DNA of 32,000 bases, from the NCBI GenBank assembly GCA_038889235.1, contig JAWAHN010000001.1, forward strand, positions 995,636 through 1,027,635, given 5' to 3'. This DNA is from Candidatus Jordarchaeales archaeon (lineage in GTDB: Archaea > Asgardarchaeota > Jordiarchaeia > Jordiarchaeales > Freyrarchaeaceae). Under the pieces are notes generated by a model. The model worked only from the letters and a program-made list of their open reading frames with translations, made no database searches and was not told the origin of the DNA. This document shows positions 16,913 through 24,523 of this stretch, piece by piece. The first letter of the stretch is position 1. Each line of letters opens with the position of its first letter. Position numbers and translations under genes: made by a program.

Positions 16913-19585
16913 GTGTCTAGCGTGTCCTTGAGGTTTACCAAAAGAATCCACTCCATACGGTTTAGTGTGCTTTCTCCAGACGAAATAAGGCGTATGTCCG
17001 CTACACGAATAATTACGCCCGACACGTATGATGAGGACGGTACCCCCATAGAGACTGGACTTATGGACGAACGTTTGGGGACTGTAGAACCTGGGCGGCG
17101 TTGTAAGCTTTGCGGTAACCCCATAGGTGAATGTATCGGCCACTTCGGGCATATCGAACTCGTCCGCCCGGTGATACACGTAGGCTTTGTTAAAATTCTT
17201 CATAAAGTTCTAAGAGCTACATGCCGACGTTGTTGCAGACTTCTGCTTCCAGAGGAACAGATAAACGCCTTTTTAATAGAAATGGAAAAGTACGAGGCTG
17301 AAACCGGAGAATTAAGTGACGAAATAGCTGAAGAGGTATTCCGCCGCGCATCCAGAACCACGATATGCCCTCACTGCGGCGAAACCCAACGCAAAGTTAG
17401 GCTTGAAAAACCAACTACGTTTTATGAGGAAACAGAGACTGGATCGATAAGGCTCACGCCGAGTGATGTACGCGAACGGTGCGAACGTGTACCTGACACG
17501 GATTGCAAACTCCTCGGAATAAATCCAAAGTACGCCCGTCCTGAGTGGATGGTACTTACAGTTCTCCCCGTGCCACCGGTCTGTGTCAGACCAAGTATAA
17601 CCCTTGAATCAGGTGTTCGTTCAGAAGATGATTTAACTCATAAGCTCGTCGATATAATCAGGATAAATCAACGTTTAAGGGAGAACATAGAAGCGGGGGC
17701 TCCACAACTTATTGTTGAAGACTTATGGGAGTTGTTGCAATATCACGTAACCACTTACTTTGACAATGAAATCTCCGGCATACCTCCAGCCCGTCATCGT
17801 TCAGGAAGAGTTCTTAGAACTCTTTCCCAGAGATTGAAAGGCAAAGAAGGGCGTTTCAGGAGCAATTTATCCGGAAAACGCGTAGACTTCTCAGCTAGGA
17901 CGGTGATATCTCCTGACCCAAACATCGGGATTAATGAAGTAGGAGTGCCTATCGAGGTAGCTAAAATCCTGACCATACCCGAAAGGGTAACGGAACTCAA
18001 CATCGAAGAAATGAAAGAACTTGTTATGAGAGGACCTGACGAACACCCTGGAGCAAACTACATAATTAGAAGCGACGGGAAACGAATAGACTTGAGGTTT
18101 GTCAAAAACAGGCAAAAAGTCGCTGAAGAACTTACTCCCGGATGTATAGTTGAACGCCACCTTAACGACGGAGATATAGTACTTTTCAATAGACAACCGT
18201 CCCTCCACAGAATGAGTATCATGGCACATGAAGTTAGAGTTATGCCCTACAAGACGTTTAGGTTAAACCTCTGTGTGTGTCCACCTTACAATGCCGACTT
18301 TGATGGGGACGAGATGAACCTCCACGTACCGCAATCAGAGGAAGCTAGAGTAGAAGCATACGTACTTATGAGAGTTCAAGAACATATCCTAAGCCCACGT
18401 TACGGAGGTCCAATCATAGGAGGGCTCCAGGACTTCATTACATCTGCATACCTTTTAACCAGAAAACAGACATTACTCACTAAAGAAGAAGCTTGTGAAC
18501 TCGCTCTAGCTGCTGGAATAACCGAGCTTCCTCCACCAGCAGTAACAGAACCAGTTCCTCTTTGGACTGGAAAACAAATTTTCAGTTTGACCCTACCTAA
18601 GGGGCTTACTGCACGTTTCAAATCAAAGCTGTGCAAACACTGTGATACATGCCGCAAGGATGAGTGTCCTCACGATGCATACGTGGTAGTTATCGACGGA
18701 GTTCTTCAGAAGGGTGTCATAGACAAAGCGGCTTTCGGGGCAGGCGTCCCCGAAAGTCTTCTTCACAAAATAGCAAGAGATTTCGGCACCGATGCTGCAA
18801 GGCAATTCCTAGATTCAGTAACACGAATGTTAATCAGGTACATTACGAACAAGGGCTTCACCTTAGGTCTAGATGACATGGAAATACCTGAAGAAGCGGT
18901 TCAACGCATAAACGAAATACTAGAGGAAGGAGAGCGCAGAGTTAACGAACTAATAGAGACCTACAGGAGAGGCGAGCTTGAAGCTTTACCGGGACGTACC
19001 ATAGAAGAAAGTCTTGAAATGTTAATTATGCAAGAACTCAACAATGTTAGAGACAAAGCTGGTGAAATCGCCAGCGAATATCTAGGTCCAAACAACCATG
19101 CAGTAATAATGGCGTTGACAGGTGCACGCGGCACCATGCTTAACCTTGCAATGATGGCTGCATGTGTAGGGCAACAATCAGTTAGAGGGCAACGTATACA
19201 TAGAGGATATCGAGGAAGAACTTTACCACACTTCAAAAAAGGCGACCTGAGCGCTAAATCAAGAGGCTTTGTAGCTTCCCACTACAGGAAAGGATTAGAC
19301 CCAATAGAGTTCTTCTTCCACGCGATGGGTGGACGAGAGGGCTTGGTAGACACTGCAGTAAAAACGTCGCAATCCGGATACCTACAACGCAGGCTCATTA
19401 ACGCTCTTCAAGATGTAAAGGTCGAATATGACGGCACGGTAAGAGACTCCACAGGTCGTATCATACAATTCAAATACGGAGAAGACTTAGTTGACCCAAC
19501 TAAAAGTTGGTATGGTAAAGCAGTCAACATTGACACAATAATTGATGAATACATATTGCAGCATTCTAAATTATCCAAAAAATGA
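16913..19585 (+). CDS. rpoA1: DNA-directed RNA polymerase subunit A' (Rpo1N)
   Basis: Zinc motif CKLCGNPIGECIGHFGH, LSGKRVDFSARTVISPDPN, catalytic PYNADFDGDEMNLHVPQ, and bridge helix region FFHAMGGREGLVDTAVKTSQSGYLQRRL. Confidence 0.97.
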   Translation: MSSVSLRFTKRIHSIRFSVLSPDEIRRMSATRIITPDTYDEDGTPIETGLMDERLGTVEPGRRCKLCGNPIGECIGHFGHIELVRPVIHVGFVKILHKVLRATCRRCCRLLLPEEQINAFLIEMEKYEAETGELSDEIAEEVFRRASRTTICPHCGETQRKVRLEKPTTFYEETETGSIRLTPSDVRERCERVPDTDCKLLGINPKYARPEWMVLTVLPVPPVCVRPSITLESGVRSEDDLTHKLVDIIRINQRLRENIEAGAPQLIVEDLWELLQYHVTTYFDNEISGIPPARHRSGRVLRTLSQRLKGKEGRFRSNLSGKRVDFSARTVISPDPNIGINEVGVPIEVAKILTIPERVTELNIEEMKELVMRGPDEHPGANYIIRSDGKRIDLRFVKNRQKVAEELTPGCIVERHLNDGDIVLFNRQPSLHRMSIMAHEVRVMPYKTFRLNLCVCPPYNADFDGDEMNLHVPQSEEARVEAYVLMRVQEHILSPRYGGPIIGGLQDFITSAYLLTRKQTLLTKEEACELALAAGITELPPPAVTEPVPLWTGKQIFSLTLPKGLTARFKSKLCKHCDTCRKDECPHDAYVVVIDGVLQKGVIDKAAFGAGVPESLLHKIARDFGTDAARQFLDSVTRMLIRYITNKGFTLGLDDMEIPEEAVQRINEILEEGERRVNELIETYRRGELEALPGRTIEESLEMLIMQELNNVRDKAGEIASEYLGPNNHAVIMALTGARGTMLNLAMMAACVGQQSVRGQRIHRGYRGRTLPHFKKGDLSAKSRGFVASHYRKGLDPIEFFFHAMGGREGLVDTAVKTSQSGYLQRRLINALQDVKVEYDGTVRDSTGRIIQFKYGEDLVDPTKSWYGKAVNIDTIIDEYILQHSKLSKK

Positions 19586-19657
19586 CAAATAAATAAAAAC
19601 CTCAAAATTATTTTTCAATTAAACTTTTTCTAGTGTTGCAACGTATTTATCCGTTTG

Positions 19658-20554
19658 CTATCTTAGCTCTTTTTCAAGGGCCTGAGCTATTAGGGGGGCT
19701 ACGCTAACCTGACTTACTGGGCTAGGAATAGTATCTGTGGCGATTACGTGTTCTGCTCCCGCTTTGTATATTTTCTTTAACGCGTTATCAACAAGAATAG
19801 CGTGCGTGCAAGCAGCGATTATTGTTTTGGCATGCATATTTTTGAGTAACTGAATTGTTTTTACAAGGGTCCCTCCTGTTGAAATTATGTCATCCACTAT
19901 GATAACATCTCTTCCTTGGACTTGAAGCTGGCGTACGCCTATTTCTACTTCCGTCGAACTTATCCTCTTTTTCTCTAGAACATCGTAATCCGTGCAGAGT
20001 ACTGACGCCACAACTTTTGCCCACTGTTCAGATTCTTCATCGGGCCCTATTACAAGAGGCTCTTCCATTTTGAAGTTCTTCATTATGTATTGTGCCAGCA
20101 GGGGCATAGCGGTAAGGTTCTCAGCGGGTATCTTAAATATCTCACTTACGCTCCCTACTCGGTGCAAGTGCATATCTATCGTTATAACTTTATCTGTTCC
20201 TGTCTTCTCAATAAGAGAAGCTACTGTTTTGAGACTTAATGCCTCCCCCTTGTTAAACCGTTGGTCCTGCCTCGAGTAAGGAAAATATGGTATCACACTC
20301 AATATTCTTTTAGCTCCTAAGTCCCTTAAAGCATCCACTAGGAGGAAGTACTCTATGAGGTGTTCGTCAGGGGTATGGTGCATCGAATGTATTACTGCAA
20401 CATGATACCCTTCGACGTCACCTTCCACCCTAACGTATTTTTCTCCGTCGGGAAATTTCTTGTAGTCGCAATCTATGAATGGCGCCTGAAGCATTTTTGC
20501 GACCTTAAGCGCTAAGACCTGTGATGTAGAGCCTCCCACTATTGCAAGCTTCAT
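19658..20554 (-). CDS. prs: Ribose-phosphate pyrophosphokinase
   Basis: RILSVIPYFPYSRQDQRF, VITIDMHLHR, and PRPP-binding VIIVDDIISTGGTLVKT. Confidence 0.93.
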   Translation of the reverse strand: MKLAIVGGSTSQVLALKVAKMLQAPFIDCDYKKFPDGEKYVRVEGDVEGYHVAVIHSMHHTPDEHLIEYFLLVDALRDLGAKRILSVIPYFPYSRQDQRFNKGEALSLKTVASLIEKTGTDKVITIDMHLHRVGSVSEIFKIPAENLTAMPLLAQYIMKNFKMEEPLVIGPDEESEQWAKVVASVLCTDYDVLEKKRISSTEVEIGVRQLQVQGRDVIIVDDIISTGGTLVKTIQLLKNMHAKTIIAACTHAILVDNALKKIYKAGAEHVIATDTIPSPVSQVSVAPLIAQALEKELR

Positions 20555-20662
20555 TTTTATCTCCTTCCTTTACCTAAGGCTGATGAACGCTTCCTTCTTT
20601 ATAAGTCATCGATATCTTTTTAAAGGTTTAACCTTAGTTAGGGGCTCTGAGGGGAGTTATGT

Positions 20663-21214
20663 TTGGCTTGGACTATTTGGCTCTTCGGTCTACCCGGCTC
20701 TGGTAAAAGCACTATTGCTCACGAGCTGCAGGCTATACTAAAGGAGCGAGGTATTAATGCGCAAATTCTCTCGACAGACATTCTAAGAAAGGTTGTAACT
20801 CCCAAACCAACATATTCGGAAGAAGAACGAGAGATCGTTTATGGCACTCTGGTCTTTATCGCCCGTTTGCTTAACGATAATGGTGTTAACGTCATAATTG
20901 ATGCCACGGCTAATAGGAATGCTTACAGGGAAAGAGGAAAAAAAGAAATCAAAAACATAATTTTCGCTTATGTTAAATGCCCCCTAGAAGTTTGCATACA
21001 ACGCGAAGCAACAAGGCAGGAAACTTACGGTGCACCTAGGAGAATATATGAAAAAGGTTTGACTGGGGAGAGCAAAACCGTTCCGGGTTTAGGTGTTCCA
21101 TTCGAGGAGCCTGAAAACCCGGATGTTGTTGTCGAGTCTGACAAGCTCTCCCCCAGAGAGTGCGCTTTAAAGATTCTCGACACTTTAATGAAAAGATTTT
21201 ATGCATCTAACTAG
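20663..21214 (+). CDS. APS kinase-like P-loop kinase
   Basis: IWLFGLPGSGKSTIAHELQ, LSTDILRK, and FAYVKCPLEVCIQR...ETYGAPRRIYEKG, resembling CysC. Confidence 0.7.
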   Translation: MAWTIWLFGLPGSGKSTIAHELQAILKERGINAQILSTDILRKVVTPKPTYSEEEREIVYGTLVFIARLLNDNGVNVIIDATANRNAYRERGKKEIKNIIFAYVKCPLEVCIQREATRQETYGAPRRIYEKGLTGESKTVPGLGVPFEEPENPDVVVESDKLSPRECALKILDTLMKRFYASN

Positions 21215-22293
21215 TAGCTCTTGAGATAGGAGTTCACTTCCTTTGGATTGAACTCTTCGCACTCAAGCACGTTGTTAATGAAGTTTAAGAGTTTTCTCCG
21301 TGTTTCTGGGGTAAGTGTTGGATACCATTGAGGGTGAGATATCACTGAGCCCCGCCAGGCATAAAATGGCTGAACCACTTTGAGGAGTTCTTCGTCTCCT
21401 GTTTTTTCGAGGTAATTCTCGTAAAATAGGTCGAAAAGTTTTTTAAATGGGTCTGCAAGGTGGCCGAAAGTAAGCACACTGAAGAATATGTAGTTTATAG
21501 TCATAGCGGTCACGTCGTCAGCTGGCTCTCCCCACTCACCTCTGCTTCTGTCTAAAAGCGTGAAATCCGTTCCCTCTCTAAAAAGAACGTTCCAAGGGTG
21601 GTAATCCCCGTGAACCACACTTAACCTGTGAGCACACTTTTTGAGTTTCCACCTCCACTCAACGCACTTTTTCTCGATCCTCAGTAAGTCTTCTTCCGTC
21701 GCATACGCGGGGTTAGGGGTATATGTGTCAAGCAGCCCCATGAGCCCCTCTCCGTGACCAACTAAGTCCCTTATTCTTCTAATGTAGATGTGAGGTGCGT
21801 CCTTTTTCTCTTTATGAATTTCCACCAGGTAGTTGGAGAGGGCTATTGCTCTATCGATATCTAACTGTCTCAATTTCTTCTCCTCAGAAAGCCTATCTAG
21901 GTCGAATTTGTACAAATTTCCCTCAGCGTACTCCATGAGAACGAAAAACTCTTCCACGTTCCCGACAGAAACTATCCCCCCTTCCCTGGTTACCCCTCCA
22001 CAGTCAAAGGAGCGAACATGCCTGGGAAGCTTATTGTACGTTTGGTGAGCCAGTAAAACAACTTGTGCTCTGTCCGGCATAAATTCGTGACCATAAGGTC
22101 CAGGAACAACAAAGCTCATAACCATCTTTTTTACTTCATTCCCCACCTTCGCCTCTATGAGGCGAGGAACACCGTAGCCTACTTCCTTTATGTCCTCTTT
22201 CTCTCCACCAAGTCTCTTAACATTCAACACCTCAACACTTTTTTCAAAGACTCGAGTAAGATATTCTTCAAGTTTCTCTTTTGAAATAGACAA
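21211..22293 (-). CDS. Phosphotransferase (aminoglycoside phosphotransferase/choline kinase-like fold)
   Basis: Brenner-type motif VVHGDYHPWNVLF followed by TLLDRSRGEWGEPADDV. Confidence 0.75.
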   Translation of the reverse strand: MSISKEKLEEYLTRVFEKSVEVLNVKRLGGEKEDIKEVGYGVPRLIEAKVGNEVKKMVMSFVVPGPYGHEFMPDRAQVVLLAHQTYNKLPRHVRSFDCGGVTREGGIVSVGNVEEFFVLMEYAEGNLYKFDLDRLSEEKKLRQLDIDRAIALSNYLVEIHKEKKDAPHIYIRRIRDLVGHGEGLMGLLDTYTPNPAYATEEDLLRIEKKCVEWRWKLKKCAHRLSVVHGDYHPWNVLFREGTDFTLLDRSRGEWGEPADDVTAMTINYIFFSVLTFGHLADPFKKLFDLFYENYLEKTGDEELLKVVQPFYAWRGSVISHPQWYPTLTPETRRKLLNFINNVLECEEFNPKEVNSYLKSY

Positions 22294-22481
22294 TGAAACT
22301 ACACCCCCTCAAAACCTGTAGTCACTTAACTCGGGTACTTTAATTGAGAAATACCTTTCGTTAAAAGCTTAATCGTTAAACGTGTGGTTTAATTTCTTCA
22401 AGAAAAGAAGAACGGAACACGCAAAGTTAAAATATTGTTTTCACTCTTCAAACACTCTAGAAGGGCGCCCGGGTCGCCTAG

Positions 22482-22502
22482 AAGAATTTCTACTTTGGGC
22501 AA
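22482..22502 (+). other. Predicted tRNA intron 1 (21 nt) in the D-loop
   Basis: Central helix GCCU/GGGC (22476-22479/22497-22500), bulges AG|A (22480-22482) and AA|U (22501-22503), outer pairs C22475-G22504 and U22474-G22505. The inner hairpin is weak. Boundaries could shift by a nucleotide or two. Confidence 0.7.
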
Positions 22503-22516
22503 TGGTAGGGCGGTGG

Positions 22517-22539
22517 AGCCCCTAAAAAAGGGCGCCGTA
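22517..22539 (+). other. Predicted tRNA intron 2 (23 nt) between positions 30 and 31
   Basis: Full hBHBh': outer GGG/CUC (22508-22510/22541-22543), central CGGU/GCCG (22511-22514/22534-22537), 5' bulge GG|A, 3' bulge UA|G, inner GCCC/GGGC (22518-22521/22530-22533). Confidence 0.85.
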
Positions 22540-22546
22540 GCTCGAG

Positions 22547-22577
22547 ATCTTTCCCAAAGAAATTTGGGGGAAGATAA
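22547..22577 (+). other. Predicted tRNA intron 3 (31 nt) at canonical position 37/38
   Basis: Hairpin AUCUUUCCC.../...GGGGGAAGAU capped by a GAAA loop. 3' bulge AA|A (22576-22578) abuts anticodon stem CCCAC. The central 4-bp helix is poor, so this is a relaxed motif. Excision gives loop CUCGAGA with a fully paired 5-bp stem. Confidence 0.75.
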
Positions 22578-22590
22578 ACCCACTGGCGGA

Positions 22591-22606
22591 TTCCGTATGG
22601 ACGCAA
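22591..22606 (+). other. Predicted tRNA intron 4 (16 nt) in the variable arm
   Basis: Inner UCC/GGA (22592-22594/22599-22601), central GCG/CGC (22586-22588/22602-22604), bulges GA|U and AA|G, outer U22584-A22609 and G22585-C22608. Excision leaves variable arm GGCGG-AGCAC-CCGCC. Confidence 0.6.
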
Positions 22607-22628
22607 GCACCCGCCGCGCGCGTTCGAA

Positions 22629-22659
22629 TGGAAAAGGGAGATTCACTCCCTCCCGGGCA
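22629..22659 (+). other. Predicted tRNA intron 5 (31 nt) in the T-loop (59/60)
   Basis: Outer T-stem GCGCG/CGCGC, 3' bulge CA|U (22658-22660), central UUCG/CGGG (22623-22626/22654-22657, two wobbles), 5' bulge AA|U (22627-22629), inner hairpin containing GGGAG-AUUCA-CUCCC. Confidence 0.88.
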
Positions 22660-22688
22660 TCGCGCCCCGGGCGCCACCATCCTTTAAC

Positions 22689-23186
22689 TCAGTCTAGTAC
22701 ATATCCTAGCTTCTTTACTAGTTCTCTCCTCTCCTCTTTCTGTTTCTCGTTTTCTACTGCTGTGACACTAGTCCCATCAACGGCCCCAATAATTGCCCGC
22801 CCAAGATCAGTTTCCGCTACTAGTATTTGGACAGGGTTACCAGTTGCTACTATTATGTTGCATACTGCTGGGATCCTTTTAAGGGTGTTTAGCACATTGA
22901 TTGGATAAGCGTTTCTGACTAAGACAACATATGCATGTGAAGCTCCTATGGCTAAAGCGTTCTTTGCAGCTAGACTCTTCAACCTCTCGTCATTTCCATT
23001 GACTCTTACGAGACGTGGTGCTGCCTCGTTCATTGCTACGCCACATTTAATTCCGGGGACTGACGTTAGCAGCTCTCTAAAAATATTGTCGACAGTGTAT
23101 ATTGTAAAGTTGGCCATCCCGCAGATAAATTGATCATCCTTCTCCTTCTCTATTGGGACGACGTGAATTTTAACACTCATGCCCAA
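22689..23186 (-). CDS. Adenosine-specific kinase-like family protein
   Basis: PGIKCGVAMNEAAPRLVRVNGND, IGASHAYVVLVRNAYPINVLNTLKRIPAVCNIIVATGNPVQILVAET, and GRAIIGAVDG. Confidence 0.75.
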   Translation of the reverse strand: MGMSVKIHVVPIEKEKDDQFICGMANFTIYTVDNIFRELLTSVPGIKCGVAMNEAAPRLVRVNGNDERLKSLAAKNALAIGASHAYVVLVRNAYPINVLNTLKRIPAVCNIIVATGNPVQILVAETDLGRAIIGAVDGTSVTAVENEKQKEERRELVKKLGYVLD

Positions 23187-23254
23187 TCACCTTAAATCAG
23201 GTTCGCTGGTACCTTTTCTTAATCTTTTTGGTTTTCCGCCTTCACTTTCAAGTT

Positions 23255-24523
23255 TTAGACCGAAATTTTCGCTGAAAACGGTTCTCCAAGCAGTTTTTCT
23301 GAAGCTTTAGCGACAACTTCTCTATACTTTTCGTCCGTGTAAACTCTTATAATATTCAAAAATCCCTTCATTACTGACACTATGTTCGACACATCTTCTA
23401 ACCGTAGTACCCTCTTTCTTCCGTCCTTCCCTCTTTGAACTATCGGCAAGTTTGCAGCGTCCTCATCCATAGTCCTGTGGTAGGGAACCGACGGCAAAGT
23501 CGGCACATCTATATAAACGTTTTCCACGTCAACGCCGGCTTCCTCCGCTATTTCCTCTTCAAGCCGTCTTTTAATCGCTTCTTTGGTCATAATTGCTGAA
23601 AAAACTCCGTTCCTCACGAAAAATATCTTTTCATAGGACACTTTTGGTAAATCTCGCATCTTGAGCCTCTCGATGTAAGGCTTAGATCCTTTACATTGAA
23701 GCATAAGCCCCCACACAGAGTAGTCATCATAGTTTAAGTACTCCTGAGGGCTCACCTTTACTATGTTTATCTCCTCATTAACTTTCTCCAGTCCTTTTTC
23801 CAAAAGAATTTGGGCAGCTCTAGACGCTTTATGAAAGTATATGCTCCTAAAAAGCTCAACCCTGGCCACAAGGAAGGATTCTAAAGTTGGTAGCGCCACT
23901 AAGTCTACCGCTAGATTTCCTTCGTGAAGGTCTATGGTGTGTATTAAGCGAAAGACGTCAATGGAGGCGAACTCTCCCCCAGTGTGGTAGGAGTCTCTCA
24001 GAATATAGTCGAGCTTGTCGCAATCAATCGAGCTAGAAATTATTTGACTTAAAAACTCTTTATGCTTCTTCTGTAGTTTACCTACGGCTAGAAGTGCTAC
24101 GTCTTTAGCGTTTAATCCAATCGACTCTACAGCGTCTTTGAGTGAAGTTTGCGTAATTATTTCCATAGTAATGTCTTCATGTGTCTTTTTAAGGTGCCTA
24201 ATAAGCAGCGCTTCAAACACATGGCTGAATGGACCATGCCCCACATCGTGAAGCAGCCCAGCTATTTTAATCATTTCTACAGCGTCGCTTTCTAAATACC
24301 CCTTACTCACTAAGGACTCGGCCATTAAATTTGAAAGGTGCATTACACCGAGGGAGTGTTCAAACCGTGTATGGACTCCCGCAGGGTAAACAAATTCGCT
24401 TCCAGCTAACTGCCTTATTCTACGCAATCTTTGGACAGCTTCTGTATCTATCACCTTTACTTCTTCGAAATCGCATTGAATGTAACCATAAATGGGATCT
24501 TTGATCAGGATTTTTTTCTTCAC
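23255..24523 (-). CDS. HD-domain phosphohydrolase, paralogue 1
   Basis: YPAGVHTRFEHSLGVMHLSNLM, GLLHDVGHGPFSHVFE, and DCDKLDYILRDSYHTG. Confidence 0.85.
   Translation of the reverse strand: MKKKILIKDPIYGYIQCDFEEVKVIDTEAVQRLRRIRQLAGSEFVYPAGVHTRFEHSLGVMHLSNLMAESLVSKGYLESDAVEMIKIAGLLHDVGHGPFSHVFEALLIRHLKKTHEDITMEIITQTSLKDAVESIGLNAKDVALLAVGKLQKKHKEFLSQIISSSIDCDKLDYILRDSYHTGGEFASIDVFRLIHTIDLHEGNLAVDLVALPTLESFLVARVELFRSIYFHKASRAAQILLEKGLEKVNEEINIVKVSPQEYLNYDDYSVWGLMLQCKGSKPYIERLKMRDLPKVSYEKIFFVRNGVFSAIMTKEAIKRRLEEEIAEEAGVDVENVYIDVPTLPSVPYHRTMDEDAANLPIVQRGKDGRKRVLRLEDVSNIVSVMKGFLNIIRVYTDEKYREVVAKASEKLLGEPFSAKISV

Larger units (their letters stand above)
22467..22676 (+). tRNA. tRNA-Ser(CGA), five predicted introns, encoded CCA; mature 88 nt
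   Basis: Acceptor GCCCGGG/CCCGGGC (22467-22473/22666-22672), G73, CCA 22674-22676. D-stem GCCU/GGGC, anticodon stem GUGGG/CCCAC, loop CUCGAGA. Variable stem GGCGG/CCGCC, T-stem GCGCG/CGCGC, T-loop UUCGAAU. Exons: 22467-22481, 22503-22516, 22540-22546, 22578-22590, 22607-22628, 22660-22676. Spliced: GCCCGGGTCGCCTAGTGGTAGGGCGGTGGGCTCGAGACCCACTGGCGGAGCACCCGCCGCGCGCGTTCGAATCGCGCCCCGGGCGCCA. A TATA-like aaaatatt lies about 30 nt upstream. Confidence 0.9.

Noticed and set aside
22435-22908. Long plus-strand ORF of 157 aa in the six-frame track
   Set aside because: It runs through the tRNA gene and antisense to the adenosine-specific kinase-like gene, with a low-complexity R/S/P-rich composition; spurious.
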